A stretch of DNA of 53,296 nucleotides, taken from contig JBGTHM010000129.1 in NCBI GenBank assembly GCA_041746255.1, positions 1 through 53,296 of the forward strand. Direction: 5' to 3'. The stretch is from Fibrobacteria bacterium. Its GTDB lineage: Bacteria > Fibrobacterota > Fibrobacteria > UBA11236. Both the position numbers and the translations under genes were made by a program. Of this stretch, positions 31,701 through 39,537 are shown in pieces. The notes under the pieces were generated by a model that saw only the letters and a list, made by a program, of their open reading frames with translations, was not told the origin of the DNA and searched no databases. How positions within the stretch are numbered: position 1 is the stretch's first letter; each line of letters opens with the position of its first letter.

Positions 31701-32651
31701 GTGGATTAACCGCAAGTTAATGTCATCAAGGTAGGTTGCCAGCGGCGCTACGATTTCATCGGATTTGAGGCCGGGAAGCGTTTGCGTGGAAAGGATTGCC
31801 GCCTGGAATAGAATTCCGGGAGCCTTCTCTTTTACGGCTTTGTTTTTCCAGGGAATTGCTTTCAAGCTCATTGCAAGAGACGAGTCGGCGATATCCTGGC
31901 TTACGCGGGTACCGAAGGCTTCCCGTAACTGAATTACGGTATGCGAAATTTCTTTTTGCAAGCGCTCCAGCGCTTCCGGATCCGGTCGGGGCAATAGGCA
32001 GTCGCCGCTTTCCAGGTTCATATTCATGGCGATATTTATCAGGACATCGCTCCATTTGTCTCCGCCGTTGAGTCCGATATCCCGTGCGAAGCGGGTAAAG
32101 GCGTCCTTATCCTCCGGCGAGGAAAATTCATTCAACCATGTGGAACGCATTTCCTCGGCCAAGGCTTCTTGGTATAACGCTCTATCCTCAGCCAACCGCG
32201 CGTCGAAAAGGGCTTTATTCTCGAAGGCGTAATGCCGTAGCACGCCATGGCAAAATCCGTGGATGGTCTGGATGGAAGCTTCATCGAAATTCACATAAGC
32301 CTGGTCGAGAAAATCCTTTTGCGTTCGGTTCAGGCCGGGCAGGCGGCGTATCATTCCCAGTCGTTGGCGGATTTTCTGGCGCAGTTCGCCGGTGGCTTTT
32401 TCCGTAAAGGTGACGACCAGGATTTCCGGAAGTTCGGGCGGCTTTTCCTGCAAAAGCAAGCGCACGAAGAGATGCTCAAGGGTATAAGTTTTCCCCGTTC
32501 CGGCCGAAGCTTCCAGGATGGCGGGACGGTCGAGATGGAGGGCCTCCACCAAAGGCGAGCTCAGTGGGGGAAGAGTAATTGCGGCGATACCCTGAGATCC
32601 GGAAATCGTTCCAGGCTTACCGATGCGCGCGCCTCCGGGAGGTAGATTCAT
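28761..32651 (-). CDS. recB: Exodeoxyribonuclease V beta subunit RecB
   Basis: EASAGTGKT, TFTEKATGEL, DEFQDTD, GDPKQAIYGFRSAD, HISKGLEF, YVALTRA; nuclease motif GFIDLVF...LDWKSN intact. Confidence 0.95.
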   Translation of the reverse strand: MNLPPGGARIGKPGTISGSQGIAAITLPPLSSPLVEALHLDRPAILEASAGTGKTYTLEHLFVRLLLQEKPPELPEILVVTFTEKATGELRQKIRQRLGMIRRLPGLNRTQKDFLDQAYVNFDEASIQTIHGFCHGVLRHYAFENKALFDARLAEDRALYQEALAEEMRSTWLNEFSSPEDKDAFTRFARDIGLNGGDKWSDVLINIAMNMNLESGDCLLPRPDPEALERLQKEISHTVIQLREAFGTRVSQDIADSSLAMSLKAIPWKNKAVKEKAPGILFQAAILSTQTLPGLKSDEIVAPLATYLDDINLRLIHHEGFTALLLPESPSFPALPDVLQHLERLRKLHERLKIQQANLRFQHHHRIIASLQEHVAHIKRTRGLLTFNDMIRQVHASVLNQPELVQSLRSAYKYCIVDEFQDTDSVQWDIFKKVFLESGGKNPLFLIGDPKQAIYGFRSADVYTYLEAREQLRAIALSGEAQGHGLSANFRSSEKLLKAFNVLFSQPEWFGAEQPSAPDSNWRLPQGNRVDYCPVGFGGSPRQYCRTGASEKESAPIVLVDLASATKVEATRRLWNGWIVAEIQNLLTGRVELRIPDDSVPGNFPADGQPMRPLRASDICVLVRTGSERAKLESQFQDAGIPFAVYKKEGLYRSEEALHLLAMLEAMEDPGEERSFRRALLSQFFQVAPENLASVSGGNGSISGENEEHGKSGQGDGTEIATLFEKWNRLATQSRWRRLFHSLLYDTGLLYRICALPDGDRRVMNYLQLTQNLTQEAMRKHFDLSTLLDWYRRRRRSEGNSEEAKDHFRLESERDLVQIMTMHISKGLEFPVVFLAGGFSAARKSDYLQFKRRGAFAGENGRTGGTVFHLDNQNQEAIAELERQDLEEVKRLYYVALTRAKYRLYLPLVPEPKKKNGEEKKSNPSPLLHLVGASLRGARQQIPELFYHVPADETQAVARASTQLDLQSEAKENPTTSLMAASPPTDPPLPSEGSDFSSRRMVLESYSHLAYRLEKWVGAQTEGRYEKEEAPPDWESDSEGQETGTEETNPGQLLPRGTHIGNALHNLFEKIDFALAAQHPSPRALGEVPQVRDLIGQSLEQHKLPPDCREGVEHILWNTLRAPLPALGSGAPFRLCDVTDMRPELEFLFPYGEKAAGAIPEVRSKHGYLWGFIDLVFRHAGRFYVLDWKSNYLDDYAPAALAENMRQSRYDLQYTLYTVAVIKWLKSVIADFDYERDFGGVLYIYLRGMRAEEGKPGATGVFAHRPNSDEALRGYPALLEQALRAPLGLAKGENHV

Positions 32652-35600
32652 TTTACCTCCCCATTGAAGAAGAGTCGGAAGCGGGAGCGGATCTTAGTCT
32701 CTGCATCATCGGGCACTTTGGCTCCCAAAAGCCGCGCCGCTTCGGGAGGAGTGTAGTTGGACCAGGGATCTTCCAAAGCCAGCCGCAAGGATTCAGCCCA
32801 ATCCGAAGAAGCCTCGGTAATGCTGAAGCCGCAATGGAAACAATTTTTATCGGGGCGGGATTTGGCAAGGGTTTTGAAAATAAGTTTCAAAGGAAGGTGA
32901 TCGTAATCCCGTCCCGATAACAGGGGAGGAAGCACGGTATGGAAGAAATCCCGGGCGGCCTCGGGGGTGACGCGGAAACAGCGCCACCAAAGCGCTCGAT
33001 AGCTTTTTTTATAGGATTCGACGAAGTGAACGGTGAAGGGCCTTCCTTGAAAGGATTCATGTAGGGGGTGATTCGAATTCTGCGCCAACAAGTAGACCAA
33101 AAACGGTTTGAGCATTCTCCTCGGGTTCACTTCGCCGCTCATCGGAACCACTGTAGCGCAGGCTGCATCTGTCGTATCCGGAAGCAAAAGCAGGGGAAGC
33201 GAACCGCGGATGGAAACTTTCGTTCCATCCCGAGATTCCGCTTCCAGGGGTGGCATTAGTATGGGTTCCTCGGCCAGCGGGGTGTGCGAAGCCGAACCGA
33301 AGACTAGGTCGCGAAGCGCGGTAAACCCTGTGGAGCCCGCACGGATATTAGCCGCTGCCGCCATCAAACCCTCGGCGGCAGACTCCGCTACTTGCGCTAA
33401 ACTTTCGCGGTCCAAGGTCTGGTAATCCCCTTCCGGCGTGCGACCGCGCCGGCTCAAATCTTCGTAGGCTCGCCTAAATGCGCCTTGCATTCGGTCTAGG
33501 CTGATATCTTCCCAATGCGACAATCCCTCACGGTAAACCGTTTCCAGGATTTCATGTTGGATTAGACCGTTGGAGAAAAACGGCTCGTCTTCGGCATGCA
33601 GGGTGTCGCCGCCGCGTTCGCCATACAGGCCAAGACGCCGTTCCAGCGCATATTGCACCGGGTTGTCGAGATAGGCAACCAAATCGTCGAGTGTGATTTC
33701 GGTGGGAATTTCCGCTTCCTGAGCTTTTCCATTCACCCAAACCCGCAACGCTTCTCCGGGCAGTGCGAAAGTTGTATCGGCTCTTTCTTCTTTGCGCTCC
33801 CACATCCAGGCCAGCAAAGCGTCCTTTTGGCTATATCCCCTTGGTTTTTCCAATAAAGACGGGGAATGTTTTTGATACAATTCGGGGCTGTGCGGCAGTA
33901 ACGGAACAGTTACGGGTAGGAACGGCGCTCTTTTTCCGGGTCCGGCTTCCGCGTCGGCAGGCGATAATACGGCTGCTTCCAAATAATCCGTCAGCTCATT
34001 GAGCGTAGAACTCATTTGATAGCGGCGGTCTTCCAGAAGATCGCGGTCCACGTAGCTGAGGTAAAGTTTTTCGCGCACCGACATAAGCGCTTCCAGGAAC
34101 CAATACCGGTTGCGCGCCGAGGCGTCCAAATCCCCGATGACTCGACGAAAGCGCCTCAAATCCAAAGTGGACGTGGATGCATCCTCGGGGAAAAGCCCTT
34201 CGCCCAGTCCCAATATATAGGTGATTTTGAAGGGAAGGCTCCGCAAGGAAGACAGGGTGGCGATATTGACTCCTCCCGCCAGGAAGGGCTTGCGTGAAAC
34301 GGGTAGATTGGCCAAATGGGACGTAAGCAGGTTGAGAACCAGGGCGGGGCGTACTCCCGGCTGTAAGTTTCCTTGCGAGTGTCCGGACGCCGGTGGAGTT
34401 TCGCGCAGCACGGCTTCAATGGCGTCCATATTGCGCAGGGAGAGCATGAGGCGACGCAACTCGGCTTGCACAAAGGCTTCCAGGGGAGCCTCGGCAGGCA
34501 AACCCAAATGGCATTCCGTCACATCGTCGATAAGGGCCAGCCACTCGCTCCAGGGGCGCGGCCCTTCGTCGCGCAGACGCGCCGTATCCCGGTGGAGCGC
34601 TTGAATCACTTCGATAAAGCGGCGCAACTCTTCGCGCTGCCCGCTGCCGCCATCGACGAAAGGAACGATATCCTCAAAGTTCCGGTTATCATCGCTTTCG
34701 GGCATTTCCATCACGGTGCCTAAGAGCATGCGCTGCAGGCCGTGCCACCAGGTATGCAGCGACCCCGGGTGATAGCCGTTATCGGATTTATGACTTCCGT
34801 CGAAGCAACGGAATATCTGCAATTGGTCGGCCCAGCGCATCCACAAGCGCGTCGAATCGCGTCCCAAACCGTGCCGAGCCTGAAAACAGGGATTGCGAAT
34901 GAGCTCGAAGACTTCGCGGCGGGTGAGTTTGCCTCCCCCCAATGCGAACAGGCTGGCCAATCCCTGCATATAAGCGCTTTCGGAAGCGGCCCGGGTATCG
35001 TTGAGGGTAAAAGGGATATATCCCGGAGCGCCTTCGCGTCTTTGCGTGAAAACGCTCTCGATGATATTGCGATAACGGTCCATGTCCGGTACCATGATGG
35101 CGATATCTTCCGGGTTTAGGCCGGGATTTTCCAGCAAGTTGGCGATGATGCTGTCGTGTACGGTTTCGACTTCGCGATGGATTTCGGGACAGGCCAGTAT
35201 TTGCAAACTGGAGTCCTGTCGGAGGCGTTCGGATTGCGGGAGTGCGCCGCTGCGGTGTAAGACCGCTCTTTGCACGGTGCTTAAAACCGTGGGCGCTTCG
35301 GGTTCGACGAAGTAGTCGTGGAAATCGTATCCGGTTAGTTGGCTCCAAAGTTGGGTGTTTTCGCGTCCCGGTCCGCCCCACCGGCTGAGCAGGGGATTCT
35401 CATCGGCATCCAGATGCAATTCCTCCTTTTGGAGGGCTTCGAGATCCAGTCTTATCCTATCCTTTTCATCGCCGCTGAGTTGTCTCCACCCCAGGAATTG
35501 TTGCCGTTGCAGCAAATCTTCCTGTATTTTTTTACGCCTGGCCTTGGGGGTCAAAACGTCTTCCCAATATACCGCACACGGGTTCAGCGAATAGATGTAA

Positions 35601-36415
35601 AAGCCGGAGTGCCGTTGCGGCAGCGCTTCGGGATCGGAAAGGCGGCGGATGAGAGACCTGTGGAATGGGGAAATCTGGGATAGCCCGAAGAGATGGTAAA
35701 TGGGCGTATCAGGCCTATCGGGGGTCGGCCGCTTTTGGGCCAGCACCATTTCGGCGAATTGGGGCAGGGTATAGGCGTATTGTCCCGTCCGCTCCCCCAA
35801 AGTGTCGCGCAACCCTCCCGTTTTAAAGATGGCATGGTAGACCGCCTTTTGCCATTTCTCCAGTTTCTCGACTTGTCGATGGGCAATCCGACCGGCTTTT
35901 TTATCGAGAAACCCCCGGAAACAATCCTCGCCTTCCTTCCACAATTGCGTCAGCCCTTTACGGCCATGCTCCGGCACCCGGCTGTATTCGTATTCCCGAA
36001 AATACCCCGCCAGTTTACGGGCGAGTTGTCCCAGGCGTTGTGCATAGGCCGTCGCATCGGACGCGCCTTCGTCGAGGTAGGCGCGGATTTCGTCGGGAGG
36101 GTGGGTGAGGCACAGGCTCAAAATGAACCCTTCCAAACCTTGTTCGTCGAGAAGTCTCGCTGGTTTGCGATTGGCGGCTTCGCGTTCCACGTCGAGTTCG
36201 GCGAGGCGGCGCCATAATAGGCGCTCAAGCAACATGAAGTCGATATTGGCGGAAATCCCCAGCTTATCGGCCAACCGCATCTGCACCCAGCGGCGCATGC
36301 TGGGATTGGCGGTGGCAATATTCGGGGAGGCGAACGGGTCGTCCCAGGCCAGATTTTCGGCAAGCTTGTCCAGAAGGACGGCGGGTGAATTGCTGAAATA
36401 AAGTTGTGCCGGCAT
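32648..36415 (-). CDS. recC: Exodeoxyribonuclease V gamma subunit RecC
   Basis: LYFSN, DPF, LNPCAVYWED, NPLLSRWG, REVE, DIAIMVPD and LRSLPFK..LGL motifs; recC-recB-recD order. Confidence 0.92.
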   Translation of the reverse strand: MPAQLYFSNSPAVLLDKLAENLAWDDPFASPNIATANPSMRRWVQMRLADKLGISANIDFMLLERLLWRRLAELDVEREAANRKPARLLDEQGLEGFILSLCLTHPPDEIRAYLDEGASDATAYAQRLGQLARKLAGYFREYEYSRVPEHGRKGLTQLWKEGEDCFRGFLDKKAGRIAHRQVEKLEKWQKAVYHAIFKTGGLRDTLGERTGQYAYTLPQFAEMVLAQKRPTPDRPDTPIYHLFGLSQISPFHRSLIRRLSDPEALPQRHSGFYIYSLNPCAVYWEDVLTPKARRKKIQEDLLQRQQFLGWRQLSGDEKDRIRLDLEALQKEELHLDADENPLLSRWGGPGRENTQLWSQLTGYDFHDYFVEPEAPTVLSTVQRAVLHRSGALPQSERLRQDSSLQILACPEIHREVETVHDSIIANLLENPGLNPEDIAIMVPDMDRYRNIIESVFTQRREGAPGYIPFTLNDTRAASESAYMQGLASLFALGGGKLTRREVFELIRNPCFQARHGLGRDSTRLWMRWADQLQIFRCFDGSHKSDNGYHPGSLHTWWHGLQRMLLGTVMEMPESDDNRNFEDIVPFVDGGSGQREELRRFIEVIQALHRDTARLRDEGPRPWSEWLALIDDVTECHLGLPAEAPLEAFVQAELRRLMLSLRNMDAIEAVLRETPPASGHSQGNLQPGVRPALVLNLLTSHLANLPVSRKPFLAGGVNIATLSSLRSLPFKITYILGLGEGLFPEDASTSTLDLRRFRRVIGDLDASARNRYWFLEALMSVREKLYLSYVDRDLLEDRRYQMSSTLNELTDYLEAAVLSPADAEAGPGKRAPFLPVTVPLLPHSPELYQKHSPSLLEKPRGYSQKDALLAWMWERKEERADTTFALPGEALRVWVNGKAQEAEIPTEITLDDLVAYLDNPVQYALERRLGLYGERGGDTLHAEDEPFFSNGLIQHEILETVYREGLSHWEDISLDRMQGAFRRAYEDLSRRGRTPEGDYQTLDRESLAQVAESAAEGLMAAAANIRAGSTGFTALRDLVFGSASHTPLAEEPILMPPLEAESRDGTKVSIRGSLPLLLLPDTTDAACATVVPMSGEVNPRRMLKPFLVYLLAQNSNHPLHESFQGRPFTVHFVESYKKSYRALWWRCFRVTPEAARDFFHTVLPPLLSGRDYDHLPLKLIFKTLAKSRPDKNCFHCGFSITEASSDWAESLRLALEDPWSNYTPPEAARLLGAKVPDDAETKIRSRFRLFFNGEVK

Positions 36416-36617
36416 AATTTTTAGAGGTACCGCGCCCCCTCGAAGGTGGCGCAAGTACTGGCATCAGAAGCAGGAAAAGGTAGCAAAGCGCGGGGACAAA
36501 TTTTGACCCGGGAGGTGGGTTAGTTTTATGAAAGGCGAAGGGAGGGGGGCATCCGGGTGGCCCTCCGGGGCGGCGGTTGGACTTGCGATCCTTATTTTCA
36601 ATACTCTGGAAAATCGC

Positions 36618-38138
36618 ATGAAAATTTTCATCAGTAGCGTCCAAAAGGAGTTTACAGCTGAGCGCTCGGCCCTGCGAGATTATTTGCGCAGCGACCCATT
36701 GATGAAACGATTTTTTGTCCCCTTCCTTTTCGAGGATTTACCGGCAAGTGACCAGCGCGCCGATGAGGTGTATTTGTCCGAGGTAGCCGCCAGTGACCTT
36801 TACTTAGGCCTTTTCGGAGAAGAATACGGCAGTACCGGTTCAAATAATATCTCTCCCACCGAACGCGAATTCGTACGGGCGGGTGAATTGGAAAAAACTC
36901 GATTGATTTTCGTGAAGGGGTCCGAAGACACCGGCAAACACCAAAAAATGCAGGCGCTGATCCGGAAGGCGGGTCACCAACTCATTCGGCGGCGATTTAC
37001 TTCGCTTCCAGAACTGATTATTTCCGTCTATGCCAGTCTGGTTGATTATCTAGCCTCCAAAGAATTACTGCGCGATGGTCCCTTTGACGCTGCGTGCCCA
37101 GCGGAGATTTCAACGGCGGATTTATCCTTAGAAAAAATTCGCCGTTTCGTGAAAATAGCTCAAAGAGCGCGAGGTTTTCCGTTTTCCGAAGATACAGACT
37201 CTGATGAAATATTGGAACATTTGAACCTCTTACACAAAGGGAGCCCCACCCATGCCGCCTTGCTACTATTTGGCTCCTCTCCCCAGCGGTTCCTGATTTC
37301 ATCCGAGATAAAATGTGTCCATTTTCACGGAAATGAGATTACCAAACCCATTCCATCCTATCAAGTTTACAAGGGGACGGTGTTTGACTTGGTGGATCAT
37401 GCCTTGGATTTCGTCCTCTCCAAAATCAATCTTTCCGTTGGCACTCGAAAACGCTCCGTCCAAGCGCCTGTGGAATATGAAATCCCCCCGGAAGCGGTAC
37501 GTGAAGCAATTGTCAATGCCGTGGCGCACCGCGACTATACCAGTAATGGGAGCGTTCAAATTATGCTTTTTTCGGACCGGCTTGAAGTTTGGAATCCTGG
37601 ATACCTTCCACCCGCACTGACCCTGAAAAAGCTTCGCCTTCCCCACGGATCGGTCCCCGGTAATCCGCTATTGGCTGAATCCCTTTATCTGGCCAAATAT
37701 ATTGAGCGCATGGGCACGGGCACAGGCGATATGATTAAGCTCTGTCGGGAGGCGGGCCTTCCTGAACCTGAATTTTTGCTTACGGATGGCTTCGTGGCCC
37801 GCATCCGCAGACAACCCAGCCGAGCCTTTACAGCTGTGGGGGGCAAGGGTGGTCCCCACTCAACAGGGGAAGTCACAGGGGAAGTCACAGGGGAAGTCGC
37901 AGGGGAAGTCAAAAAACTGATGCAAATCTGCAAGGGTGCAAAGACCCGTCAGGAATTACAGAACGTGTTGTCTTTGAAAAGTGAAGAAAATTTCAGGAAA
38001 CTGTACCTCACACCGGCACTTGAAGCCGGATACTTGGAAATGACCATCCCGGATAAGCCAAAAAGTAGGAAACAACAATATCGCCTCACTGCGAGGGGAA
38101 GGTTGTGGCTTGAAAGCAGTGTTAATGCGAAAAAATAA
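36618..38138 (+). CDS. DUF4062 domain + HATPase_c_4 (RecG C-terminal-like) + C-terminal HTH protein
   Basis: KIFISSVQKEF..ER and SPTEREF (DUF4062); REAIVNAVAHRDY, DRLEVWNPG and IERMGTG (HATPase_c_4); YLTPALEAGYLEMTIPDKPKSRKQQYRLT (Fic-associated HTH). Confidence 0.85.
   Translation: MKIFISSVQKEFTAERSALRDYLRSDPLMKRFFVPFLFEDLPASDQRADEVYLSEVAASDLYLGLFGEEYGSTGSNNISPTEREFVRAGELEKTRLIFVKGSEDTGKHQKMQALIRKAGHQLIRRRFTSLPELIISVYASLVDYLASKELLRDGPFDAACPAEISTADLSLEKIRRFVKIAQRARGFPFSEDTDSDEILEHLNLLHKGSPTHAALLLFGSSPQRFLISSEIKCVHFHGNEITKPIPSYQVYKGTVFDLVDHALDFVLSKINLSVGTRKRSVQAPVEYEIPPEAVREAIVNAVAHRDYTSNGSVQIMLFSDRLEVWNPGYLPPALTLKKLRLPHGSVPGNPLLAESLYLAKYIERMGTGTGDMIKLCREAGLPEPEFLLTDGFVARIRRQPSRAFTAVGGKGGPHSTGEVTGEVTGEVAGEVKKLMQICKGAKTRQELQNVLSLKSEENFRKLYLTPALEAGYLEMTIPDKPKSRKQQYRLTARGRLWLESSVNAKK
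37863..37910 (+). repeat. 12-bp coding tandem repeat x4
   Basis: ACAGGGGAAGTC x3 plus GCAGGGGAAGTC, encoding TGEV-TGEV-TGEV-AGEV. Confidence 0.95.
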
Positions 38139-38359
38139 CAAGGTGAAGGTCAACTCAAGAAAATGGGGAATAGGGTATTTCGTTTCGATGAGAGAGGATA
38201 TACCCTATCGCTTATAGACTGGCTATTGCTGGGTGATATACGCGCCCTGTGTTGAATCGGAAAACCGTGTGGAAGAAGGGACAAAACACCTACAGGCACG
38301 GATTTTCAATCTTCTGGAGGTGGAGCTTCTTGAGGAGGCAACTTGTAAGGATTACCCAC

Positions 38360-38530
38360 AAGTTCGTCGCGATGGCGGCCGCCGCTGTGGCATGGTGTAA
38401 ACATGCCTCCGAACATGAGGCAAAGCCTGGGGGTAACCCCTGGAAATATCTGTTGATACCCCACGATGTCATTTCCGATAATAAAAACCTGCAAGGAGTG
38501 GCCGCTGGTTATTCTTGGGAGGCCCCTTAA
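38360..38530 (+). pseudogene. C-terminal remnant of a type III restriction (Res-like) helicase/endonuclease
   Basis: AAVAWCKHASEH...GGNPWKYLLIPHDVI matches the C-terminus I recognise from Res-like proteins of about 900 aa. No helicase coding sequence lies upstream. Confidence 0.6.
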
Positions 38531-38631
38531 TCCGCAAATTTTCAAGGAGCTGGAAATTATCGAGCCCTTGGGGCATCATGAATGCACATACTGGTTACCG
38601 ATTAACTTGATAACTCGTCAAAAGAAAATTC

Positions 38632-39537
38632 ATGAAAGCAGACAAGCCCAGCTCAACCGCACTATTTGTCGCCCATGGCTTGTTGTGGATTTCGAAGCAT
38701 CCCCGCCTGAGATGCGAAATTCCCCCGTTGATGGCCCAGATGAACGAGGAAATGGTCTCCCGAACCGGTCCGGGGTTATTTTCTGCTTCTGGCCGACTGG
38801 GGAGGCTGCTCCGCCATTGTAAAGCGGACTTGATGCAACGGGCGTCCATCCCGGGATTTTACCTGCATTTCGTAATGCGGAAGCGGTGCATCGAGAATTG
38901 GGTCCGGCTATCACTTGACGGAGGAATAGACCAGTTGGTGGTAATCGGGGCGGGATTCGATACGCTCAGCCTGAGAATGTTGACGGACTATCCATCCCTT
39001 AAGGTCATTGAAATCGACCATCCGGCCACGCAGACCTGGAAGGCGAAAGGCATTGACCGCACCCAGCGGGATTGGAAAAACCTGCATTTGGTTCCCCTCG
39101 ATTTAACCCGGAGCACCATGCAGGACACTCTATTGCGCAGCGGCGTTTATGCCCCGAATAAGCGGACGGTCTTTGTGGCCGAAGGATTGCTCATGTATCT
39201 GAACGAAGAGGAAATTCGGACCCTGCTCGCTTTCATCCGGCAACATAGCGCGCCCTCATCCCGCCTGGTATTTACCTGCATGGAACAACGTAAACCGGGG
39301 GATTTCCAATTCCAAAATGCCGGTGCGCTCGTGAATTTCTGGTTGAGATTGAAGCGGGAACGGTTTGCCTGGGGCCTACGCCCCGATAAAGTGGCGGGTT
39401 TCCTGGAGGAGTCGGAGTTCGACCTGCTCCTGTACCAAACCCATCAGGATTTTCGAAGGGAACTGCTTTCCGGCGCCAATAAAAATGCCGCCCTGGCCAT
39501 TGGTGAAAATGTTATACTCGCGGAAACGAAGCTATGA
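38632..39537 (+). CDS. SAM-dependent methyltransferase, leucine-carboxyl-methyltransferase (LCM)/TcmP-like family
   Basis: PSSTA, RKRCIE, QLVVIGAGFDT, EIDHPATQ..K, VPLDL and VAEGLLMYL. Confidence 0.88.
   Translation: MKADKPSSTALFVAHGLLWISKHPRLRCEIPPLMAQMNEEMVSRTGPGLFSASGRLGRLLRHCKADLMQRASIPGFYLHFVMRKRCIENWVRLSLDGGIDQLVVIGAGFDTLSLRMLTDYPSLKVIEIDHPATQTWKAKGIDRTQRDWKNLHLVPLDLTRSTMQDTLLRSGVYAPNKRTVFVAEGLLMYLNEEEIRTLLAFIRQHSAPSSRLVFTCMEQRKPGDFQFQNAGALVNFWLRLKRERFAWGLRPDKVAGFLEESEFDLLLYQTHQDFRRELLSGANKNAALAIGENVILAETKL

Noticed and set aside
26549..36415. recCBD as a novel helicase-nuclease defence system
   Set aside because: Gene order, sizes and motifs are those of ordinary RecBCD.
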